A stretch of 64,000 nt of DNA from Epiperipatus broadwayi (taxonomy: Eukaryota; Animalia; Onychophora). Below the pieces are notes generated by a model that searched no databases, had not been told where the DNA came from, and saw only the letters and a program-made list of their open reading frames with translations. Positions 25,035 through 37,239 of this stretch are shown here, in pieces; position 1 is the first letter of the stretch, and the number at the start of each line of letters is the position of its first letter. The stretch is taken from positions 8,866,001 to 8,930,000 of the forward strand of contig JAQFVV010000002.1 of assembly GCA_028023455.1 (NCBI GenBank). Direction: 5' to 3'. Made by a program: the position numbers and the translations under genes.

Positions 25035-25078
25035 ACCAACTGATGATTGCTGGTTTAGCATGAAATGTGTATATTGGT
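25035..25078 (+). ncRNA. Minimal type I hammerhead ribozyme motif (family A)
   Basis: ACCAA-CTGATGA-T-TGCTG-GTT-TAGCA-T-GAAA-TGTGTA-TA/TTGGT; predicted cleavage after 25073. Confidence 0.7.
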
Positions 25079-25510
25079 GATTAGTTATCTTTTCAGCATA
25101 TATGTGTTTAGGTGTATCAGTGTTATTAGATAGAGTGGAGAGAGGTGGGTGGTGTGAAAGTCTGTGCTCATATACCCTATATTACATATATATATAGCCA
25201 CATGTATATAACAAGCCTGTGTTTCAGTTATTACATTATAGAGATGTCTGCCCATCTTGCATATGTATTAAATGGATTATGCCCTGTACATGTGGGGTTC
25301 AGATTGACCTTAGGTCAACATGGGTGTGACAATAATCTCGGCCTCAGGGTGGCCTTTGAGCATTCCATCATCAGATTTTCAATTGGATGGACGGCTGAAG
25401 AGTTGGAATGTGGAGTGGATTGAAGCCTGTCCATTAAACTATGAGGATAGTCTATCTTAATATATATCTGAGCACTTATAGTATATATGTGTGTAAAGAT
25501 GATAGTCTGG

Positions 25511-25554
25511 ACCAACTGATGATTGCTGGTTTAGCATGACATACGTATATTGGT
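25511..25554 (+). ncRNA. Hammerhead motif (family A) with GAAA changed to GACA but palindromic TACGTA stem III retained
   Basis: ACCAA-CTGATGA-T-TGCTG-GTT-TAGCA-T-GACA-TACGTA-TA/TTGGT. Confidence 0.6.
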
Positions 25555-26628
25555 GATTAGTTATCTTTTCAGCATATATGTGTTTAGGTGTATCAGTGTT
25601 ATTAGATAGAGTGGAGAGAGGTGGATGGTGTGAAAGTCTGTGCTCATATACCCTATATTAAATGGTATTGTGATTGGAGAAGAGAAATTAAATATTTCAC
25701 AGTCCCATTCTCTCTTCTTCAAGAGACAGGATGTGTAGCAATTATATAGGTTATGCCAACATTACATTATTGTATTTCCAAAAATGTAATGTGAAATATT
25801 CATTTAATCAATTTTCCCTTTTATTAAATATAAAATATGTTAAATTTATTGTGGAGATGATCTCAAAAGATTTATAAAAAGACAGTTAAAGAGTTGATAT
25901 GTAAATTAAGTGGGAAAATATTATAATGAGATAGATTTTTTATTCCTCTCTTTCCCCCACTCTTTTTTGAACCAGGAAAAGAAAAGCACAATGAATTAGC
26001 TCTTAAATAATCCTTTTTATGGGTAAGAAGTGAAAAGTATTGTTTTTCATTATTCACTTAAAGTAATGGAAATATTTGTCTTGTTAAGATTTACATGGAA
26101 AAGGAAATAACTCATTGGTTCCAACCCTAGAGCAATTGCCTAATCTACAATATTTCTCAACTAAATTTTAAACTACTATTAGTAACTGAAATTCCACAAA
26201 TGGATGGCTAAAGAAGAAATAATGATATGAATACCTTATATAATTACTTTTAGCACTTCATTTAATGATGTTGAAAAGAAAAAATATTGAAGAGAAGAAA
26301 AAAATTTTAGGATAGTGATAAGACATTTTAAAGCCAGAACTGTTTATGCTTTGATATTGTTTTGTTATTTATGAATATTCAAGATAAGCAAAGAAAAAGA
26401 ATATTTATGAACTTGTAAAGAAAGATTAAAGAATGAAAACTATTTCAAACTGCTTAAAAATATTATTTTCTTGAGCACAAAGATCGATAGAAATATAATA
26501 TTGGACTTGAATTCTTTGGTGCATAAACTGTATAATATTCTATAATAATAAAGTATTTAATTTTTTTTTCTGTAAAAGCTATCTAGAAATAAATAAAGAT
26601 CATTCATGTGAACACGAAAAAAAGAAAG

Positions 26629-27315
26629 TGTCATATCTGTCCTTGCCTTCAGAAGTGGACTAGTCCAGATTGCTTCCTTATCTGATCGGATTGAACACTC
26701 GTTGCCACTAACCAATGTGTAAACGTGGATAATCAATATATAAACATGGCCAAAGGGTAAAAACAAGTATAACTAATGTGTAAACCTGTATACAAAATCC
26801 TACCATTGGTTGGGCTCTCTGAATCCAACTGCTGCCAGTAGGTAGGGGATTTGCAATAAATGATCAGCCTTTTGGGGGCAAGATATATATATATATATGG
26901 ATATAAAGATAGAATGTCTGTCTAACCTGAATGACTGGGCATGCTCACCATTGAAATCAATTCCTAGTGGTGTTTCTACTATATTCACTACCGATATATC
27001 TATGCAGTGAAGCAAGTCCATGATAGGACTGAAAGCTGTTATGACTATGGCAGACTTGAGGCAAGCTGTTTACTACAGTCAGAAGAGTCATTTAACAAAC
27101 TCAAGGCAAGCTGTTCAGTACAGCCAGAAGTGTTAAGACTAGAACTCATGAGGCAAGCTAATATATACAGCTGGAAGTGAGTCCAGTCATGTGGCATGAT
27201 AAGCACAGTATTAACTATGATTATCTATGTACAACAGTATATTGGGAGTGTTCATATTTATTTTGATATTATTGTTGTTTTGAGTCTGAAACCTGCAATT
27301 CAGCCAAACATAACA
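26629..27315. mobile_element. Solo LTR (687 bp)
   Basis: TGT...ACA termini; 5-bp flanks gaaag / gtaag; the empty site in family C copy 1 reads aaagaaag-cattcaaac (~22054-22070). Confidence 0.75.
27058..27177 (+). repeat. Three 28-bp motif copies (period 45-47) inside the solo LTR
   Basis: gaggcaagctgtttactacagtcagaag / aaggcaagctgttcagtacagccagaag / gaggcaagctaatatatacagctggaag. Confidence 0.8.
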
Positions 27316-27782
27316 GTAAGCATTCAAACTTTTATTGCAAAGTAATTCAAGAAAGAAAATTCCTCAAAGAAGATTCTATTGATTTTTTTATACATATTGA
27401 TTGACTTATTTTTTTATATTCTCATTAATAAAGTATTTCTTTGTTTATCAAATTATCAATTGTTTTTCATACATTCACTAAAGTAATAAAAGAAAATATT
27501 TTGTTGTCTCATAAATGACACACAGATTAATTGCATTAATTTTAGTGTACCACTATATTACTTTTAGCTAAAATTAAGCAATAAATTCTCACATATGTCC
27601 CATAGAATAACCACCTTTTATCACTCTGAGACATGCTCTCCTATGTGTTACATCTGTAGTGTACACTAGCCAAGTAAATGAATATCTATAGGAAGTATGG
27701 GTTCTAGATAAATAACTCCTAGCCTCATATAATTTTACTTGTATATTCTACTGCTTTTGCTACTATTAACGAGAGTTACCAT

Positions 27783-28500
27783 TACTATATATATTTAAAT
27801 ACATATATATTGTCTATACTAAATTTAATGTAATTATATGGGACTTGAACTCAGCCTTTCAAGCTTTCTACGGCTATCCATTCCATCTTATACAACCAAT
27901 ACAAATGACCACCTACATGTAAAAAAGATAAATGATCTTCAATATACATTTGTATTTCGGTTGTATAAGATGGATTGGATAGCTATAGGAAGTTCGAGAG
28001 TCTGAATTCAAGTCCCTTATAATTACATTAAATTTAGTATGGACAATGTACATGTATTTAAATATTACATAGTCAACCTGTATTCTGCCTATCTGTCTCT
28101 ATATAATTAAATCAACCAGTAAATTAAGGTTTTATATATGAAAGGTCAGATTGATTTAAGGTCAACATGGGTATGACAATAATATTGTTATCAACAAGTG
28201 CTTTGAATATTTCATCCTTGAATTTTCTATGATATGGATAGCTGAAGAGTTGGAGAGTGAAGAAAACTGAAGCTTGTCCATTAAAATTTGAAGATTTGCT
28301 ATCTTAATATAAACTGAGCCCAATATATATATATATGTGAGGTGGTGATCTGCACCAAGTGATGAGTGCTGGTTCATCATGAAATATATAAATTGGAGAT
28401 TATTTATCTTTTTCACATGTATGTGGTCATGTGTATTGGTTGTATAAAATGGATTGGATATCTGTAGGAAGTTAGAAAGGCTGAATTCAAGTCCCTTATA
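27783..28500. mobile_element. Family A (diverged subfamily): inverted stub followed by ~1.1 tandem units, period 479
   Basis: 27783-27946 is a minus-strand copy; the plus copy starts ~27951; gaattcaagtccc occurs at 28004 and 28483; decayed HHR at 28354-28397 (ACCAA-GTGATGA-G-TGCTG-GTT-CATCA-T-GAAA-TATATA-AA-TTGGA). Confidence 0.85.
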
Positions 28501-31500
28501 AATATATAGATATTGAACTGGGTCTGTTGAAGTTACACATTTATTGCAACTTTTTTAAAATTTTGCAACTAACTTTTGTCAACTTTGTGACTGCAGTGAT
28601 GGACCGACCCTTCAAGCCTGGAGTTTAATATCACTGATAGATTCCGTCAATGGTAGCTATGGCCAGACTGGGGTTATACAAAGTACAGACTACAATCACA
28701 TTTCCAAGCCATAGCACTTCTCAACTGCTATATCAACACCCTACATTCAGAGTACTTTATTTGTTCTGAGTACCCAACTCAGGCACCATCTGACCACATG
28801 TTATATATATGACTGGCATGCTTCAGATGACAGGTCACAAATCTAGTGCTTGAAATATACCAAGCTAGCTTATACTCTGTTTTAAGGGTCCAGCTCATTT
28901 TTATAATATACATAAAATATTTATATACTAATTTACTGGTGATGCAGTGATAAGAGAGAGAGAGAATAAACCAAATAACAATTAAGCAACATTATTATTT
29001 ATTTCATAATATAATAAATTGTTATATGAGAAAATATAAATGATGACTTAAGGCTATAGTTATAATAGTCCATCATTAAAGTTCATCAAGTGTCTATTTA
29101 GTTATTTAAAGTATCTTTATCTAGGTTTTTATTTGTGTGTATTTTCCAACCAGTTGACCATTTGGTTCCATCGATGTTTCCAGGACTTGTCTTCATATTT
29201 TTGGTTTAACAATTGTGTGAGTATGTGACAGTGTTTCCTTTAGGGCTTAGGCATTTGTTCTGGGCATTGACTCCAGGTAAGTACACTTTATTTTGCTGAG
29301 AACTAGGGCATAAATTTAAACTGCACTTGAACGGAACTTAAACTGAACTCAAACTGAACTGAATAATACCAGCAGCTGTGACTTTTTATACTCTTCCTCT
29401 CTCATTGTTTTAATTCCTTATCATTATTTTAAATTTTGATCATAACTTAAGTCTGTTTTTAATTACCTTTTACATTGTATGTTATCTAATCTTTTTTCTA
29501 GATTAATCTAGTATCTTTTCACAGAATACATAGCTTACATAGATTTTTAATTAAATCAATTGTTAGTTTTGCTTTTCTTTATCAGACAGGAATCTTTTAA
29601 ACTAATTATAGTTTTGAAAGTTTTCTTTACAAACTAATTTTTAGTCTGATTTTTTTTCATATTCACTTATTTTTATATATTTTACTCTTTTAATTTCTTT
29701 TAAAATAAGAGAGTTTATAAATCTCTTTTTCTAATTTTTTCCAAACTTGCTTTTAATAAATAGTTTTATTCTCTTTTAAAATATATATATATATATGCAA
29801 TCTTTTTATTTTACAAATTTGCATTTTAAAATTATCTTCTGAAATAATTATTTCTTTCAAATAAATTTAATCATGTATATTTTTAAAATTATGAAACATG
29901 TAATGCAGATATAGTATGTTTTATAACACATATCTCTCATTAGCATTAGAATATATATATATATGTGTGTGTGTGTAGGAAGCAAATGATAATTTAGTAA
30001 TAGAGATAACAGGAATTATTAGTTATTTAACTTTCTTTCTCCCATCTAGAAGTACATTTACTTTTATCTGAATCCATGATATAATTTTCCATGCTGTGTT
30101 TTATGGATTTAAGTAATAATTTTATACATGTAGAATAAAAGCATACTTTGGATAGTGCCATATAGAAGCTATTATTGATGGAGAGAATTTCACATGATCT
30201 GAACAAAATTAAACAAATTATGACAACTTTTAAAAAAAACTGTTAATGGGCAGTCAAGGTTTCAGTAAAATTTCACTGATTGTAGTTAAGGCTAAAATGT
30301 TTAAGAACTATTGGAACAATTTGCAAAATACTAGTAAGAGTATGTGCATTTTATAATCTTCATTATTATGTTGACATCAGAAATTTAGCCAAACATAGGG
30401 TAAGAATGTTGAAAAAAAATTTTAATTCTTTAATTAAATGAATAAAAAAATCTATTTTATTCATTATATTTTTATTCACTTTTGTTTCAGATTTCTTCAT
30501 ACTGCTTAATATATTCCCCCCTGTTTAATATTATATTAACATTTTCCAGTTTTCAGGATTAAGACATTTTTAAAATTATTTTAGGCTTGAGTTAACTATG
30601 GTACCCATTTTCATTTTTTCTATCTTCTGTTGGATAAATTTCTGAATACAAATTCTTCATTTGATATTATTATCAGTTAAGACAGTATTAAAATACTTCA
30701 TATCTGTTAATAAATGTATATAACTTCTGAGTTATTTATGAGCTATTTTTCAAGTTTCACTTCTATAAAGAAAAAAAGTTTTACAATACTCTCAAAAAAT
30801 CACAATTTTATTTTAGTTTTCTATTTTGTAAACATTTAGAACTGTCTTTTACTTTTCCATTTTGGATAATGATATTTTATAAATGGAAAAACCTGTTCTA
30901 CCTTTTAACTGGATGACCATCTATTTTAAATAACAAGGTGAGCACTGTTTTCAAATATCATAGTTTTATATTTCACTGTATTCTTTGTTCTGATATTAAC
31001 ATTGAAAGGACATAGATGAAACTATGGGTTTCACTTAGTCAATAATAGTTCACTGGATACCTCTTCGATTGTTTATAGCTTTATGCTTTGTCAGATTAAA
31101 TAATATAGATATATAATGGTAACTGAATTCAATTTCATCCTTGATTAAAATTTCAAGGGATTAAAAAAAATACATTGCCAGTAGTCAGGATCAGTATTTC
31201 TCAGCTTGTGTTCTATGGATGAAAAGATTCTGCAACAAAATTACTTCTTGAACTTTAATAAATAAATTAATATATGTATATAAAATTTACTTTCAAAATA
31301 AGATTTATTAACATAATATTAATCTTTGAATTTACATGTTATATCTAGTGATATACAAGATTTAAACTATGATTTATAATGCAGAACTTGATTTACTAAA
31401 TGAACAGAAAAATCTTAAATTCTATATGCATACATCTTGCTGTTCCTAGCTTCTCTCATAGTCTAATAGGAATCCCCTGACCTTAATTGCAACTAGATAG

Positions 31501-32599
31501 ATCACAACTACTAAGAATTACAGCATCTACACCATCCAGAAGATGAGAAAATGAAAACCCATACTAATCCCTGCAACCCCCACGTCCCAGTACCCCCTGC
31601 TAAGGACTAGGAACCAGGCCTCAGGGTATTTCCAAAACTCAGACTCTCTCATCCAATGCCAATGTACTGTATATAAAATTTATTTAAATAAAATTTCAAA
31701 CATTTTTAATACTCCATAAAATGAGGTGAATTGCATCTTGCATTTATGGAAAATAAAATCTGCTAAAATTTAATAATGGAGGAATGAATCCAAATACATG
31801 ATTTTAATTCTATCACTATGGCTTGATGCATATTCCCTTACAAACTATGTTGCAGTCCAGCTTATAAGTGATTATAACAGGCATAGATTAGTGAGGTTTT
31901 GTGAATTGTTTTTTATAAGGCAATGTCGGAAAGTTTTAATTACATTAATACTTCTATTTTTTTATTTTTTTAAAATTTTTATATTTGTAAAGATTTTGAA
32001 AATGATAATCAACTATTAGATACAAAAACAAGCTCATAATTTCTACTATATTACTTTAAACTCCTAACCAATAGTTATGTTCTAAGATATCTTCACCTAG
32101 AAATGAAGTAAAGTGATTGGTGTATGCAACTGATAGAGATCTTTCTTTCAGACAAATAATTGCTATTCTATTAGTTCCAAAAAGCTATTTCATTTTTATA
32201 TCAATTAACTGTTTGTTGTAGTTTTTCCTTACATCTTCTCATTATTCTTTAGATAAGAGCTGACAGTAAATTCAGATATTTCTAAATGTGAATATTTACC
32301 TTTTTTTTTAATATGTAGTTTTAAGTTTAAGTTGTAACTATAATGCTCGAATATATATTACAGTAATAAACCTATAAATATAGCACAATATTATTTAGAT
32401 GTAGTACTTTATAAACATATAAAAACCTACAAATAAATCTATTGTCAATGTCATGTTGACAAAAAATTACTATGCATTATTGAAACTTATACAATAGTGA
32501 TTTGTTAACTAATAAAATTGCCAATTCAGTCTTTTGTTTCCACAATTTACTTTTAGAATATAGTTTCTTTTATGATAAAATGATTTACATTTTTAGATC

Positions 32600-33995
32600 A
32601 TTCACATATTTTTTGAGCACAAGCATTTTTCTAAGAACTGTAACTTCATGAAATAACTTACTTTGTAATCTTTTATATCTTAAAGCTTTCAAAATATGTG
32701 AAGCCATTAATAGAATTCCCCATGTTTAAATCTTGACCATACAAAAACATGAAATCTACAGATATAATAAATAAAAACTTCTTGCACTCTTTATGTAAAA
32801 ATAAAGGTAACACCAGATTGCAACAGTCTTTATCTCAAATGAAAATATCATGGATTGTTGATTGAAAAGAATTTTTTAAAAAATCTTACAAGCTGTTCAC
32901 TATTTCTTGCAATAAAGAAATCTGGTAAAGCAAATACTGATGATGTTACTGATCAAACCATTAACATCAGAACTATTGTTTGTCATGCCTAAAATATTAC
33001 TAAGTTCACAAAAACTGTAAATATAACATGAATTATTTATTATCTAAATTGAAAACCAAAAGAAATCCTGCCGCCTTTATACATTATGCAATAAGATATT
33101 ATCAAATACCTCTTGGCATCAGCTAAATTTTAAAGATATTTGGAAATGAACTACGTTTTCTAAATATAAAAATAAAGCTATCAATTTTTTTGTTGCAATA
33201 TTGGCTTCATGCAAGCTGTAGTATAGCATTCATAAGTAAAGGGCTTACAATTTCTGAAACTTTCATTGAATGATGCTTCTTGGTTGAAAATGTCAAACAG
33301 GATATTACTTTAGGACTTTTGTCATATGAAGAATATCTTTACAATTAAATGAAATAATTGACATTGTAAACTTGTGCACTTTTATTAATTTAAAAACTTA
33401 CAAACAAGAAAAATAATATTTAAATGTATCAATTATTTTAAGAAAATTGGAATAAGTTGAGACAAATATGACACGGTATATAATGATGGGGCAAAGTCGA
33501 TAGACAGACCAATGAAAGGGCAGTATTATAAATTAAAATTTTTGTTTAACTATGAATAAGTAATCATTGTGTTTTTCATGGACATGCATTAATTATTTAA
33601 AATATCTTAAGTACAATAGTAAGATTTTAAATAAATATTTTTTTTTACTGGAAGATGACAATAATTATAGGGATTTTAATCTTTTCATTATTAAAGCAAA
33701 ACTTGAGGTGCTTTTTACTTCAAAATATAAAAATCTCATTGATATTACGCCAAACTTTCAAATTTAAATTGAATGATTTTTCAGTAAATAAGTTTTACTG
33801 TGATTTAAAAGAAGAATATCCATAATGTATTCTAAAAGATAATTCATTGTTTGTTGCCATTTTGTATTAAATATTTGAGTGAAAGCAGATTTTTGCTTAA
33901 CACTGCGACTTTCCTACTACTAGAATTGAGCTGTCCAAAGTTTAACCAAATTTTGCAAGAATATTGAAAAAAAAGTTTAAACTTTCATATTAATT
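32600..33995 (+). mobile_element. Decayed hAT (Buster/Charlie-type) transposase
   Basis: NPAAFIHYAIR (~33065); LLPFCIKYLSESRF (~33850), resembling LLPF.TTYLCE.GFS; ELSKV*PNFARILKKKFKLSY* as the C-terminus. Possible ends are cagtatttctca (31192) and tgagaaatctg (~34076-34086), but no TSD supports them. Confidence 0.6.
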
Positions 33996-36329
33996 TCCAA
34001 TTAAAATTATTAACATCTGATTTTTTTCTTAGTAATCTGTTTTGGTATTTTACATTTTCTTTTTTTTTTTTTTTTTGAGAAATCTGAAATTTTTTTTATC
34101 CAAGTAAAAAAAAGTTATATAATTGAATTAAATTAAAAATTACTAAATTAGATTTTTAATCATTTTGATTCTCTTGAATATTTTTCAAAATCAACAATAA
34201 GACGTTTATATAGCTTTTGATATTTGTAAAATGGCTTTCAATATGTTGCCTGATTAGCTTGACTAGAATCCAGTTTTTTTCTGGATAGTTATGCATTTCA
34301 TCAGATACCTTAATTCTTTCTAAGATTATATGACTAAAACTTTTTCTAAATATCAATAGCATGCAATTTTTTTTTTTTTTTTTTTGGAAACACACTGCTT
34401 TTTTTTCTAAGGTAATTTTTTTCTTTCTTTCAGATATTAGTAGCTATAAAAATAATCTCTTTACTATATCTAAAATGATGTGAAAGACAATAAGTTGCCT
34501 TAATCAATCAAGGTTATCAATATAAAAAAAGCAATAACTTAATACTTATAAAGTTTTACTACTATTTTGGTACTTTTTCCATATATGTTCATTATTTATT
34601 AATTATACTGTAAAATGTTTTGTGCAATTACGTATTCATAAAATAAAAAGTTAATATTTTGCTGTTCTAATAACTTATTGTTGATTTTTCTTCTTTTGTC
34701 AGATGTCTTATTTAATTTTCTATTTTGTGTGTGTTGTATAGTAATTAAATTTTAAATATATGTATATACATATGTGTATAGTAATGCAAAAAAACTATAC
34801 TTGAACTGTGTGACAAAGTGTTTTTATTCTTTTATTACTATGATATGTTTGCTATCTCTGGAACTGAAGATTTTTAGTATTTTATTATCTAAAATGAACT
34901 TTGATAAGACAAAGTTTATTTTATCAACTTTGTATAAAGCACATTTAGATTCAATATTTGCTACTCTTGTAAGTAATTTGAAAATTATAATTGTATCTGA
35001 AAACAAACACATAACAATGTTATTTTTGTATTAGGAGATATTTGTGGATTAAATTTGACAAACCTTGCAATAAAATCCACAAATATTTGTGAAATAAAGT
35101 AGCCATTAGAAAATTTCTTCATACAGTCATATAAATGAGTTTGATTACTGAATTATATCTTATTGGATAATAATATCTATTTCATGTGATTATAAATGAT
35201 ATATATTTTTAACAGTAAACAACTTTATTGTCTAGATCAAATTGATGGCTAAAAATTAAACGACTGAGCTTGGTTGAATTAAAAATTCAGATTCTACAAT
35301 GATCTACTACATTGTTAATGAATAATATTTTTCATATACTTTGTAATAATATTTACTGTTCAATACCAAGGAGAAAAAATATAACTTTGAAATAAAAAAT
35401 CAGCATATTAATTTGCAAAATATTATTAAGATGAATAAAAACACAGAATCATATATCGGTCATTATTTTATCAGTATATGATGTTTAATGCAATTAAGAG
35501 TCAAATTGTGACATAAAAAAGTAAAGTATTTTCTGATAAATTTGTGATCTGATATTATTGTATTACAATAACATAGTGTCCTGTTTGCTGAATATGCTTT
35601 TATCACATGTACTCAGCAATTTAATTACTTATTTTCCAAAATATATTGTTTTTGGAAAAGCTAAAAATTTATCTTTTATTTGCAAATATTCATAAGATGA
35701 GTAACATGATAACATCCATGGTAGATTTTTTAAATATATATTAATACATTATAATTTTAATTCATATCTCATTTTTTAATTTTAAATTTATGTGAGTGCA
35801 TCAAATCCCTGTATAATTTAGCACAATGGTGGATTCAAAGTTAAACATTCTAAAATCAATTTTCAGCTAACTAACATAAATAAATAAAAAATCAATTTAG
35901 ATTAACTAAATAAAACTGTTTAATCCAATCTTAGACAGTTGAAACATTTAATGATCCCAAAGCCTATGCTAAGTGGCCATTATTTTTAATGCATAGAAAA
36001 CAAATATTAATAATATTTTAAATTTATAGGATATCAAAGCAGAGTCTATAATGATATAAGTTTTTATCCTCTGCTATATATAAAACATTGTGATTCTAAC
36101 AATAAAAGATATAAAACTTGTTAAGATTTTCTTCAAGTGCTTAGCAATGTGAATATTATACATTGGGGAAACAACTTAGTATGTGAAAAACTTTATCACA
36201 TATAAAATAAGACAATATCTACATTTCAATTTCTAATATATATTTTAAGAAAGAAATTATATATTTATAATACAATTGCTTAAGAGGCCAACTATAAATA
36301 ACACCAGTAACATTTAAAAATATATTTTA

Positions 36330-36950
36330 CTTATTGACAATTTATTCTGACTGTTGGAAGTCCTATAAAAATGCTGAATTACAAAGTGTGAGTTACGATC
36401 ATTTTCATGTGAAACACAAATGCAATCATGTGTTAAGAAAGTCTGCATTTTGGGAAAAATAAAAATTTTACTTTTAATCCCATTTTGGGAAAAAATAAAT
36501 ATTTTCAAGAAAACGTAAAATTGGAGGCCCTAACAAAATCATCAAAATTAACGAGAGTCTTAATGATAGAATAGTAGCAACTCTTTTGGAAGCTGTCAAA
36601 CAAAATGTGGAAGAGAGATCGATGATTTATTCTGATTGTTGGAAGGCCTATAAAAGTGATGGTTACAATCATTTTCAAGTGAACCACAAATACAATCATG
36701 TGTTAAATTCAAATATCAGCCTTTCATAAATACTATATCTTGTATTGGAGAGGAAAGTATTCATTTATTATTATTAACACTCGCAAAAGTGCATGCACAA
36801 TTAGCTTGAAAGGCTGATATTTGAATGTAATACAATTGTAAACATGCGCTATATAAAAATAAATGCTTATTTACATAACATGTGTTAAGTAAGTGTGTAT
36901 TTTGGGAAAAATAAAAATTTTACTTTTAGTCTCCATTTTGGGGAAAAAAT
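36330..36950 (+). mobile_element. Merlin (IS1595/ISXO2-like) transposase fragments, two tandem copies
   Basis: GPNKIIKINES, DRIVATLLEAVKQNVEERSMIYSDCWKAY and YNHFQVNHKYNHV (~36525-36705); a second copy YSDCWKSY...DHFHVKHKCNHV (~36340-36435); shared downstream ttttgggaaaaataaaaattttactttt. Confidence 0.85.
36707..36878. mobile_element. 172-bp insertion with a 10-bp TSD and a 20-bp internal inverted repeat
   Basis: catgtgttaa at 36697-36706 and 36879-36888, single in the sister copy (~36427); attcaaatatcagcctttca (36707-36726) vs tgaaaggctgatatttgaat (36807-36826). Confidence 0.75.
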
Positions 36951-37094
36951 TGATCGACTTAAAATAAAGTAGAACCAACAAATTGATTGTTTCATCATGG
37001 CAATTCCTGTTTTATATTACATGGTAAGTACTGTATGTGTATATTTTAGTTTTTTATAATATTTTAGGGTATTTTGTAATTTAGTGATTGTTTT

Positions 37095-37239
37095 GTCCAT
37101 ATTTAAAGTTACATTTGGGAATGAATGGCATGTCATATTAGTCCATATTTAAAGTAACATTTGGGAATTGCATAATGGCATGTCATATTAGTCCATATTT
37201 AAAGTAATAGTTGGAAATTGCATAATGACATATCATATT
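37095..37239 (+). repeat. Minisatellite, three units of 46-50 bp
   Basis: gtccatatttaaagt...gcatgtcatatta starting at 37095, 37141 and 37191. Confidence 0.92.

Larger units (their letters stand above)
24660..25660. mobile_element. Family A insertion: ~278-bp fold-back followed by ~1.5 tandem 476-bp units
   Basis: 24660-24938 is the reverse complement of 24954-25230 (about 6 differences, 15-nt loop); 24954-25183 recurs at 25430-25660 (period 476); flanked by TATTAAATGGTATT at 24647-24660 and 25656-25669. Confidence 0.95.
24480..27790 (+). mobile_element. Family C copy 2 (L1/Tx1-like LINE relic) hosting a family A insertion and a solo LTR
   Basis: Removing the 24661-25669 insert restores LLNGIVIGEEKLNISQ, similar to the L1-type pre-YADD motif; homologous to 21070-22535. 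Confidence 0.6.

Noticed and set aside
27058-27177. CRISPR-like repeat-spacer pattern (28-bp repeats, 17-19-bp spacers)
   Set aside because: Only three degenerate copies, inside a solo LTR in eukaryotic DNA, with no cas genes.
29150-29400. Perfect CAG/GTAAGT donor at ~29274, or alternatively a minus-strand LTR with TATA and AATAAA
   Set aside because: No open exon or acceptor could be paired with the donor, and no LTR termini or TSD could be fixed.
31192-34086. Full-length Buster transposon defined by candidate TIRs
   Set aside because: The flanking 8-mers (gtcaggat vs aaattttt) do not match and the right TIR has a deletion; only the transposase relic is reported.
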